64,000 nucleotides of DNA from Marsupella aquatica (taxonomy: Eukaryota; Plantae; Marchantiophyta): positions 23,954,281 through 24,018,280 of the forward strand of contig OZ316895.1 of the NCBI GenBank assembly GCA_973895155.1, in the 5' to 3' direction. Made by a program: the position numbers and the translations under genes. Position 1 is the first letter of the stretch. Every line of letters starts with the position of its first letter. Below the pieces are notes generated by a model. It was not told the DNA's origin. It did not search any database and saw only the letters and a program-made list of their open reading frames with translations. Below are positions 52,658 to 64,000 of the stretch, piece by piece.

Positions 52658-53326
52658 TTTGCCCCGCAAAATAGAAATTTGTTGATATTTTGATAGTTTA
52701 TCTGTTCCCGACCAACTTCAGCAGAACAATTCTCTTCTCGAGTGCCCTCCTCTTTCTCCTCCACCTCCTCCTCCTCCTCCTCTCGCGCTGCTGCTCCTGC
52801 TGTTGCTCGTGCCACACCTACCACTACTGCGGCCTGTTCTACCTCTAATCCACCGAAAGGTCGATCCGTCCCCCAGCGAAACCTGTACCGATGCGCTGCC
52901 TCCAAAAGATCACCACCGATCCAGAAGACTCCTCTCCTCTGCAGCCTCTCGAAACCGACGACCCGAAACCCGTCCCCTCCCCACGATCGTCCGAAGGGGC
53001 TGCACGAGATCGTCGTCGTGCTGCCGGAGGTGGTCGCTCCCAATGCTGATGCTTCTGCTACTACTCCTTCTTCTTCTTCCACCAAAGTTGACGACGAGCA
53101 TGGCTCTTTCCCCTTGCACCCTGCCTGTCAAAATGCCGCCCTCCCTCCTCCTCGCCCCACCGTAAGCATCCCCAACACCACCACTCTCTCAGCCCTCCTC
53201 TCCTCTCATCAATCGAGCGGCAGCACCACCACCAGCAGCAGCAGCGACCCCGGCACCAAACAACAATAATTCTTGCGCATCTCCGCCAAGCCCAACAACT
53301 TTTTCTTCCCTTCCTTTTCCCCTCGT

Positions 53327-53329
<3 letters not shown>

Positions 53330-53366
<37 letters not shown>
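53330..53366. repeat. (TC)n/(GA)n microsatellite upstream of SYP13
   Basis: About 18 TC units. Confidence 0.9.
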
Positions 53367-53368
<2 letters not shown>

Positions 53369-56300
53369 GCCTCGAAAATCCTAGTCTCGGCTTCGATTCG
53401 CTCGCGCTGCTGATCCGATGATGCGATGATGGACGACACGAAGAGGAGGCGGTCCGATTGTTGTTGTTGTATGCCGTCTGCGGTCTGCTGTCTGAACTTT
53501 TCGGAATCATTAATTGAGGGGCTGTCACTGCTACTGCTCCCTCCCTGCCTCTGCCTCTGCCTCCTTCCCTCCCTCCCTACTCACTCAAGGACTCACTCAC
53601 TCACTCAACACTGCTTTTCGGGACTCGTCCTCGCATAATACACTCAGCAACCGACTGTCCTGTCCTCCTGGCCTCGCCTGGCCTGGCCTGGCGCCTCCGG
53701 CTCACCCGCTGGCCTTGGTGCTGCTGGCGGCAATGGCCCCCCGGCCCCAGCATACGCCCCGCCTGCCCCCGTGCCTGGCCGCCCGCTGGCCCGCTGGCTC
53801 ACCCGCTCGCATTCCCGGCCCAACACGCTAGACTGCTTTGCCCGATCGGGAGCCGACCCCGGGATTGGGTGGGCCCCGCACGGCCTCTGGCCTCCCCTGT
53901 GAGAGTAACAATAGGGGGTCCCTGTGTTGTGGGTTGGCATTTTTCTTTTCACGGGCATGGACTGTAGGAATGCCGGTAACTGGGGTTCGCCGATAGTTAA
54001 TTAATGACAAACAATTATTTGTTCTTGGGCACACAATTTTGAGATGACCCTATCTCACTCGCCGTGGGTAGCTTTGATGCAGATGCCAGCATCAAAGTAA
54101 AGTACAAATGGTCAGGCTACTATGGAAATTTTGTGGGCACCTCCCTTGTGAGTACCTGTACCTGTCCCTTGTTTGCCCCTGCGGCCGTGAATGAGGTCTT
54201 GTGGACGGCCAAAAACCGGGCCATTGCCAATATTGAGACCCCCCAATGTCTCAATGTATGGGAAGAACAGGTAAAAGGAGGGCAGCTCGGGTTTGGAGAG
54301 AAAGGGTGCAAGGAGGGCAAGTACCAGCTTAAATTTTAAGGGTTTTAGTTCTTGTCAGGGCCGCAAAAGTCACTTGTGTGAAGGAGAAGATGCTAGGAAG
54401 ATTCCTTTTTAATTTCATGAAATTTAATTTGACATTAAGATATCCTTAATGTATATCTTGAAGTATAATAGTCAATTCTGGCTCATGGGGTCTATGGCTA
54501 GGTGGGTAACTGGCTACCCAAAGACCAAAAAAATCTAGAGAATTCTTAACTAGTGTGGAAAAGACTATTCCAAGAGGTGAAACGGACTGATTTTTACTAT
54601 CACTTAATAACCCACTGGCAGGTACCAGGTTAGTCCTAATGAAGGGAGATGTTATTACTGCTTTTCACTCATTCGATAAAATGTTGGTGCTTGAGCTTCT
54701 CTCCTAGAACACTTGAACTTTTTGGAGGACTTAGATCCTTGGAAGTTATGTGATAACAGATTTTAGATCTTGCATATTTGACCAGGTTGAATGCCCTTCA
54801 CGTACAATCCTAGCTGTGTACGTTAAACAAAGAAAATTGAGAGTACAAGTGTGATACTGTTTTTTCTGGCTTTAGGCTTCATAAAAAAACACAACATTCA
54901 AGTTTTAAAGTAAACAGAGGGACCAAAACCTGAAAAGTAACCTGGGAATAATAAAGAGGGTTTCCTGACCCCTGGCTGTGCAAGATTTGGTTCATAGTTT
55001 TGGGCTCTTGTCCTTATTCTTTGGCCTTGGTTTGCTGCTCTTGTGCTTTTTGGCTCTTCACTCTTGCTTCCTGGTTTTTTGTTTTCCTTTGCTTTCACCT
55101 ATGTATTGGGTTTCTTGTGTTTGTGATCATGTATCCTCATATGACGGCTTTTGTTCCTCGGAGTATTTTATCAATTTATCATCATTAACGACCAAGAATC
55201 AAACCATGTCTTGGGAAGCGCTCCTCTTACAATATATTCCACCAACTGTATCGCCAGCTGAGCAAACTTTACCGCCAGCGTGGTACAGTACACCGTCGTA
55301 GCCAGCCCTACGATTAGGATCTAGGCCTGCAGGCTGGAAATGCATATTTTTGGAGAGGGAAGAATATTTACAATTGTATCATTACTTAAGTGATCAACAA
55401 TTTACGCTATAAAAAGACTACCTGCATAATCTTTTGGGTTTTTCTTGTTGGCCTTGGTGGCTAATGTCCTTATCTTATTTCGTTACATTAACTTTATTTC
55501 ATTAGACCGTCTTAGGTTCAAGGATAAAAGTCAGATTCTGGCTGATGGGGTCCATGGCTAACTGGTAAACTGGCTAACAAGAAACAAACCTTTTGTAGCT
55601 TTTCTCTTTTCATTCGTCTTTTTTAGGTTTACACTTGCTTTTCTTTTTTCTGGTTGGGTGTTTGTCCACTTTGGAACTCATTTTCTTTCTTTTCATTGTA
55701 CTTTGTTTTTCCCTGAATTAGACATTTTGGTGAGTTTTCCTTGTAGCTGACTTTAGTCAAAAGTGGCCAAGACTTTCAATGAGGTGGAATCTAGTCAATT
55801 TTTGCCACCAAAAACATGTTGGGGTCATAGTCTAGAGTAAAGTCTCTAGATCATGACAATTTGTATAGAGTAAGGGCCATGATACTCAGAAAAACGAGGG
55901 CTATTATTTTCAGTTGTGAGGGGCTACTATTTTGCCCATAATGTCCTCTTAACAAGGGGTTAGATACATTGACAGGCCTACTGTAGGTTATTATAGTAAA
56001 ACTAAACCAGAAGTTTCACATGAAAGCTTACCGTGCATTTGTCTCTTAAAAGCACCAAACGTTACAACGAGACAAATCACGAGGCATTCAATAACTTGTA
56101 ATGCCTTGGTAGCAGGGCATTGTGGGCCAGAATGCCCGGAAAAATAGGGCTCTAGCTTGACTTTTGAGTAACTATTATTGCCCATAATGCCGTCCTATCT
56201 GGGCATGAATACACTTACAGACCCAGGAGATTTTTATATTTAATGCTTTCAGTAAAAGTAGAGGAGAAGTCTCATAATGCCCCTCTCCAAATCTGCACTC

Positions 56301-59300
56301 CATATTTATCTAAATAAACTCACTAACAGTTACGAGGCAAAAATCACAAAGACCACTAAGCAGAGAGAGAGAACTGGATTTTTTTCACTCAGACTCTTTA
56401 TCCACGCCTCTAATTCAGTCCAAATGAGGGGTAGTCAGGCTAGTCAATAGGGAAGACCAAAATATGGCACCTGTATGGTATATTTGTCCGAAGGGACCAC
56501 AAAAACAAGATCCTTTGTCTTTGGGGCCTGTTCCCTGCCATCCCCCCCCCCCCCCCCCCCAAACAAAAAGAAAACAAAAAACAACTGAAGATCTAAGGAT
56601 GGATCTGCATCCCTACCGTTTTGGTTAGAATTCCTAACCTTGCATGGGATCAATAGAAATGGATCATTTAACTAGAATGAAATGGATTTAGATTAAGAAA
56701 CTTTGATGTATATGCAATGAGAGCAATTTGAGAGCACATCCCAGTTCAAAGGTTTGGATGGGGATCTCATCCCAGCTTAAAACTCTAAACTTACACTCAA
56801 ATTTCAAGTTAAGAAGTAGTTTTTCATGGAGAAGTGGTCTATCTTAGCAAGAGACTTGTAAAGCCTCATCCCCAGCCACCAGGCCTGGTCCCAAACCCCA
56901 TGGTCCCAACCCCATGTATCACTTTTGGAACCTTTACTATAGTTAGACATCATTAGTACATGGTCTATCTGGCCACAGATCTGTCATTCGCCTACACCAG
57001 GTCATAACTGTTCACTTAATGTACTGTTAGAGCTGTTGACAGTAAAACTTTGGCCACACTTCAGAATCAAAAACAATTAGAAAAAAGAAAAAGAACAATA
57101 ATTTAAACAAAAAAAGGCCATACAAAGCAATGAAGTGAAAGCAAAAGAGCTTCAAAGAGGACAAACACCAAATAGTAAGGAAGAGGTAAATGCAACCTGG
57201 AGAACCTAGGAAAATGAAAAAAGGGGGGAAAGAGCTACCACTCCACAACTGTGATGAACTAATGGTCCACATGCCATGCAAGAGTGTCAAGAACTATCAT
57301 CTAGTTTTGTATTAAATCTACAAGGGGACAAGCCACTGCGGGAGAGATCTTTTGTAGATTGCTCGACTTGAGCGCAGTAATAATGTCATTGAATTCAGTG
57401 ACAAAAGTGCATGGTCATTGAAAAAGGATGTTTCACTTTTGCAAAGGACACCCTCAATAGTTTGGGTAGGAGCACTGAATGACATTTCTTTGTTGTTATT
57501 TTTGTTGCCACCAACTTTACTCAGTATGCCATTCTGAAACAAAGGACACCTTGAGTACCCTACAAGACAACAACACCAAAGTTTGTTCTCATTGAGATCC
57601 CAATTGACATCAAGAAAAATGGTCCCATGCCATGCATCTGAACATTGGGTAAACTAACTAAAACACGCTAAAAAACAGTCACTAGACTGATTACAAGTCA
57701 CATTTGAGTCCAAAGTGTAAGGTAATATTCAAGTCTATTTTGACATTTTGAGAAAGTCCACCTGACCTTTGCCAGTCCATCTGAGCTTCATAGAAAACCC
57801 CTTGGTCCATCCGAGCTAAGGTTTCTAATATCTACTACATAGATGTATCACACTGCAAAAACAACACACCCCAAACCGGGGAGATAGCGTGCCAAAGGTA
57901 AAAGGCCAAATTAAAGGGGGAGGAGGGGGGATGAGGCAAAAACCTGATGAAGACCAGACGGGAAAATAAGCCCACTACAACAAAGAACCAAAACCATACA
58001 AAGTACCAGACTAAACCAAAACCCTACCCAGCCACACTAAAGCCTTGTAAAGCTAGAGAGTAACCTGGATAGGAGGGTCACAAAGAGGAATTTATCTGGA
58101 GACCCTAAAACCAAAACCTTGGCCTAACTAAGAATAGTGAAAATCTGAGCAATGCATATTAAAATTGTAAGTGATGCATATCAAATGATGAAAAGTGGAG
58201 AATGAAACACATTTATTTATTGTTGTGCATGAAAGTTTCCCCAGTATAAGAGTGGATCTTATGGATGGTTTTTGTAACAAAATGGCAGCCAACCAGAATC
58301 TGACGATTGCATCATATGCTTGGCTGTTAACTATTGGCTTTAATCATTTGGATGGCTTGATAATAGAATTATATAGATATGATTCTGGCTGACCTAGTAA
58401 CTTCAGAAATTTCTTGCTTTTGACAAATTTACATTTGGTTTATTCTTATTCTTATTCTGTTTCTGACCACTTATATGACTTTCTTCCCAATGTAAGGTAA
58501 CAACATGCCAATTTACTCAAAGTCGCATACCCGCAGTGAAAACCGGCAGCAAGTGACAAAGCAATTCTATCATACCCAATCCCACCTTTTTCTCATCTTC
58601 TGCTTAGAAAAGAAGATTTGCGCAGGACTCATTTGTGACAGTTTGATTGTTTGGCATTTTCCCCAACAGGTAGATAAGACATAGGATTCCCTCATTGCAC
58701 CCTGCTTGCTCTCTTGCCCTTGGCAGGCAAGGTGTATCTCCTCCTCGCCCTCCATGGGCCTGGTTCGAGGTGAGCTAAGCCTGTATTCCTCCTCCTCACC
58801 TGGAACAAGACCAGCCCCACTTAGCCAGGCCAGCCCTCCCTTGCAGCTGTAGTAAGCCTGCCCACCTACCCTGCAGTGGTGAAAAAAAGGAAAATACCAA
58901 CAAATGTCAAAAACTACAAGAAGAAAAAATATCAATAGAAAAAGATTGCAATGACTAGATGACCACAATGACAATCATGGAATACACGGCCATTGTGCTG
59001 GGGCTGGTGATATCATAAGCCCGCCCCTAGCTCTAATATTTCCCTTTTCACTTATTATATCCTCATATCTGCTGTGCAAGCCATGGGTATTGGACTGGTG
59101 ATATCATAAGCCCCTAGCACTAAAATGTCCCTTCTTACTTATTTTATCCATTCACTGAAACAATATGCAAAAGTTGGATGCCACATATGCCGAAGACTTT
59201 TGGGCCAATTGCCAATGTCAATTAGAGGGAATGAAACATCTCATTTTAATGTTACAGCATCCCGTGTCACCAACAAGCTCTAAGTGTTTGGAACTGATCA

Positions 59301-60069
59301 TCTAATCCTACTATATACCATTGTAACCTGACATGTAATGGAGACGATGAGAGGGGTAACACTTACAAGGGATGATCAACATATGAATTTGAAACCTACA
59401 GGACTGCACTCTAGGCGTGGGATACGTCATATGTGGTTTTGTAATTGTCAGATCTGTTAATCGGGTAGCACAAGAAAATCACCAGAAGTGCAGGTGAATA
59501 TGTCACTGAAATGACGTAGGCATGGAAGGGATAAGGATATATGGAGTAAGGAAATACATAGGGTAAGTAATTGCCTTTACTTCCACGCTAGAGTTCAGGT
59601 AAGTAGTCAATTCATTCTTATATTATCTTTAATAGGAAATAGGAGATATTCCCTCTATGCAAACACTGCTTTCCTTGGGTTTGCAATGATTTGTGTTGAC
59701 AGCTTTCTGTTGATAATTCTTTTCATCTACCATGATCTTTTATGCTAAAAATCCTTCCTCTTTATCATCTTTTGCATGGATCCATGCCTGATCTACTATG
59801 CTTACACTTTCAACTCTTCTCCCCTACCTGGATATGACAACCTTTTGCAACAACAACACTGCCAAGACAACAATATTTCTGTAACAAACACCACCAAAAT
59901 GACCACCCAGCTGAAAAGACACATCCGCAACCGCAACAACAATAATTCCTCAAGAAACACCACCAAAATGACCACCCAGCTGAAAAGACCACAACACGAC
60001 TATGACAACCACCCAACCAAAACAACAACACATCTAGAACCACAACAATGCGCACCCTTCTGAAATGAC

Positions 60070-63000
60070 ATCTTGCAGTCGGTTTGCTTGTATTTAATAT
60101 GAGGTTCTATACTGGCGAACAAGAGACTCTTTCAGTCCTTGTTGTACTTAAGATGAGGTTTTGTACCTGTCTATTTACCTCTTTTGTCGTTCTTCTGATA
60201 GTGTCACTGTTGTCACACGGCAGTGGCTGGGTTGAGGCGCCTGTCCACTGGTTTTTCACTTTTGACTTTTACTTTCCCCTTCTGCGTTGTCCGGGGAAAC
60301 TCTGATACTTTCTTGCATCTACTTGTACAGTTGGTGAATGAAACGATTACGCAAATTTTCATTCTATTCTTTCTAGTGCAAGAGTTTTTTTTGTCTCAGC
60401 TCTCAATCACAGGTTGTGGGCCATTTTGAAGATTCAAACTCTTTCACACTGCTTGGCCTGGCGTTGCTAGTCTATGTGATTTCCTGTCACTTCGTACACA
60501 ACACTTCTTGCTGTTCTTTGCTAGTTTTCTCAGCATCTGGATCTTGCTTTTTGCATCACACATTCTGACATCATGCCTTCTAATTTTACTGGAGGTTACA
60601 ACATTCATTTAGTCCCGCACCTTCTAGGCAGTTCGAATGACAAATCTTGGACAAAATATCATTGCTACTATTCGTGCCTCTGGTGTTTGGCGATACATTG
60701 ACGACATTGCCATTGCTCCCATTCAACGAGCAGCCAAAATTGACTACATTTTTCAGGATAGATTAGATGCACATGATCTAAAGGGAGCACAGACCAGGAA
60801 TATCATTCTTTCTACTTGTTATGAGAGCATTTAATTCTCACTTGATCATGCTAAGACTGCTCAGGAATGTTCGATTCAACTAGCTGATGCTTACGCTTTT
60901 GAAGGCATCATCCAGAATTTGATGTTTGGGCACATTATGCTCGAATGATTTATAATGGCGAACCTATCAAAGAATACTGTAACAGTTATAGATCAGCTTT
61001 GGAGCATGTTCAGAGCGCTAGGATTAAGCTTGACGATGATATCAAACCTCTCCATTTCATCAGTAGTGTTTAGCGTCATTTTTCCACCTGGTCATTCTCT
61101 AAGAGAGAGCAGATGTGTACTTCATCGAAGACACTTCCATCCCTTGCTGCTCTTATTCATGATCTGTCCGATGAATGCTCGCGACTCAATTTGGAACAGG
61201 CTAATGCTATATCTTCTCTAGTTTTTCAACTCCAGGTTACTACTTCTATTGCTAATCTTACAATTGTTTCTTCCTCTCCCTCGTCTAGTGTTTCTTCTTC
61301 CTCCAAGAAACCAGTTAAACGTGACTCCTGTACTTTCTGTGGCATTCCTGGCCACAAGGATGATTGATGTTTTTATAAACATATTCACATTAGGCCTAAA
61401 GGCTAGCAACCACATCCAACTATTCTCAAGCGGTTGCAGCCTCATGCACCTACTAATCGTTCTATTTTAAATGTTGCTTCTACCTCCGTGCCTCCTTTAC
61501 CTACTCCTGTTCAGTCACACTTACATGATGAGGAAATGCTAGATCTTTTTGCCGACAACCTTCATGTTGCTTTCAATCAGCAATTAATCCCTGGCCTTCA
61601 TCCTCACATTTGGATTGCTGACTCAGGAGCGAGCCATCATTTTTGTAACAATCATGATCTTTTAATTTTGTACACCTTTGATCCTCTTCCCATTAATACT
61701 GGTTCAGGATCTACCATTTCCCCTGGTCGCGGTTCAATTGTTCTTCAACTGCATCGTTCTAATGGCTCTTATACCGAACCGGAACTCTCTAATGTTTGAT
61801 ACATGCCATCCAGTTTCCTTAATACTATTTCTGAAGATCTGCTTGAGCAGTGTTCTATTTTTTGGAACGGAGAGCTTCAAAAATTTATTCACTCCCCTAC
61901 CCGTGATGAATTTGCTACCGTGACAAAACATAATGGCCTTAAAGACTTTTACCGTCTTACCGGCTACTCAACTTGCTGTCTCTTCTCATCCTCGATCTGA
62001 TGATATTAACATTTGGCATCAACGTCTGGCTCATCTTCATTGGGCTGCGGTTTCCACTCTTCTTTGACAACTTGACATTAAGATCTGCGATTCTACTCCT
62101 TTTCGACCTTGTGAAGTGTGTGCCCTGGCAAAGTCTACTCGCATTATTTATAGATTTCCACATACTCGCGCTACAGTTCCATTTCAGAAAGTACATTTTG
62201 ATCTATGCGGCAAGATTACCACTCCAAGCATTGGAAACAATAACTATTTTCTTGTTATTACCGATGACTTCTAATGCAACCAATGGACTACGAGTTTGAC
62301 TTACAAGAATGAGGCATTGGTACTGCTTCAAAAGTTTTTTCAGATGGTTACTACTCAGTACAAATCCACCATTCTCAAAGTACATCTTGACAATGGTCTT
62401 GAATTCGGTGGCAATCAGGTTCAAGAATTTTTAGAGGGCCGAGGAGTTAAATTTTCCACTCTGCTCCCTATCACCACGAGCAGGATGGCATTGTTGAACG
62501 CGCCATCGGAGTCATCTCTGCTAAAGCTCGTGCAATGATACTTGAATCCTAATTTGTTTTGGCCAGAAGGAGTTCTCACTGCTATGTTTCTTGCCAATCA
62601 TTCTCCTACCTCAGTTAATCCCTTATTTGAGCCCCCTGCCACTCTTCTTTCTTATACGTTAAAACTCCCTTATGATTTTCGTGCCAACCATCTCCACGTT
62701 TTTGGTGCTCTTGCATATGTCCATATTCCTCCTGAGACTTGTCTTCGTGGTGCAAAATTCATTGCTAGGGCTCCGAAAGGCTACTTTGTTGGGTATGCCA
62801 CAAATTTTTGTATCTAGCTCCCGCAGAATTCCTCCGTCATTCAATCTACTTATGTTCATTTTGATGAAACTGCCCGTGATTCTTCTTTTAAAATTTCTAC
62901 CTCCTCTTTACCCTCTCCTTATTACATTGAGATTTTTGTTCCTTCTTTTACTCCTCAGCATACTCTTCCCAACTCTGCACCCCCTTACATCAATACACCT

Positions 63001-64000
63001 TCACTTGATTGATCTCTGGTTCCTATCATTCCTCCTCCACTTGGCAGTCAGCCACGTCAGGACCTACACGGTGATTTACAAGCCACTCCAGTCATCACTC
63101 ATGTTTCTTCTTGATCCAATAAGGGTATTCCTCCTGTTCATTTTCGTGATGAATCTGAGATAATTCCTCCCACATCTCAGTTGTTCCTTCATCAACACCT
63201 TCTTACAAACACTCTGCCTACTCTTCTTTATTCATATCATAGTGCCCTTTTTTCCTCGTTTCCTACGATTGTTCCTCATACTCACACTCAAGCTATGTCA
63301 CGCGCTGATGCTGCTCACTGGAAAGAAGCTGAATTACGGGAGGTCAACCAGCTTCATAAACTCAAAGTAGCTCATCTCGTCCCACTTCCAGTTGGTGCCC
63401 GTCTTCTCCCCTCTTGTTGGGTCTACTCACTTAAGCGAGATGGCCTTTATAAGGCTCATTTTGTTGTACGTGGCAATAAGCAACGGGCAGACATTGATTA
63501 TGATTCTACATTTGCCTCAGTTGTGCGGCCTGAGACTTTTCGAACCATTCTGGCATTTGTCAACATTCATAATTGGGAGGCTCATAGTTTTGATGCGGTC
63601 ACCGCTTTTATCTATGCTTTGCTCCATTCACCATCACCAATTTATGTTCGACCTCCACCAGGATACGATACGTACGATGTCAATGGCTCCCTGCTGGTAT
63701 GGTTACTCATTAAAGCTCTCTATGGTCTTCGACAATCTGCCCGAATGTGGTACCATGAGATTGTTGAATCTTCTGCTACTTTTGGTTTCATTCCACTCCC
63801 TTCCGATTCATGTGTCCTCCAGAATTCTAACGGAGAATTGATAGTCCTCTGGGTTGACGATTTGATAATTGTTTCACCATCAGTATCTGGTGTACATCAC
63901 ATTTGGGATCAACTTATCTCACGCTATGAACTTCGTGACCTCGGTCCTTTATCTGACTATTTGGGAATGACCATCACCCGCGATCAATCGCATCATACGA
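60070..64000 (+). mobile_element. Degenerate Ty1/Copia LTR retrotransposon (putative 5' LTR, PBS, gag-PR-IN-RT), running off the window end
   Basis: Probable gag ATG at 60573; zinc knuckle CTFCGIPGHKDD*C (~61329); protease WIADSGASHH (~61611); WHQRLAH/CEVC, DLCG, DNGLEF and QDGIVER integrase motifs; RT DAVTAF, KALYGLRQS, WVDDL (63850). The PR-IN-RT order is Copia. Many stops and frameshifts; LTR start is approximate. Confidence 0.92.
60412..60422 (+). promoter_or_regulatory. Putative primer-binding site complementary to the anticodon arm of tRNA-iMet
   Basis: GGTTGTGGGCC follows ...TCTCAATCA (candidate LTR 3' end) and precedes gag. It differs from GGTTATGGGCC by one G:U-compatible base. Confidence 0.6.

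Noticed and set aside
52742-53269. 175-aa Ser/Pro/Thr-rich plus-strand ORF
   Set aside because: Non-ATG start, low complexity and antisense to the SYP13 upstream region.

Overview
Eukaryotic, intron-rich land-plant DNA; gene content and repeat style suggest a non-seed plant such as a liverwort (inference). The six-frame ORF track is mostly noise, so I rebuilt the spliced genes by hand from GT-AG junctions. Standout: an intronless 954-aa ORF (21557-24421, minus) fusing a complete plant-type S-adenosylmethionine decarboxylase to a complete PLP-dependent ornithine decarboxylase, with all catalytic motifs intact. It lies downstream of the conserved spliced AdoMetDC 'small' uORF, an altered 'tiny' uORF and three extra uORFs. 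Second highlight: the window opens with the last three exons of a probable four-domain cation channel (NALCN/Cch1/CaV-like EF-hand, pre-IQ and IQ tail). Also present: RAD51C (9 exons) with a decayed partial copy, tRNA-Thr(UGU), a truncated hemoglobin GLB3, a 13-exon SYP13-type syntaxin, a MITE family with 8-bp TSDs, several tandem repeats, and a degenerate Copia element with a probable half-tRNA-iMet primer-binding site.
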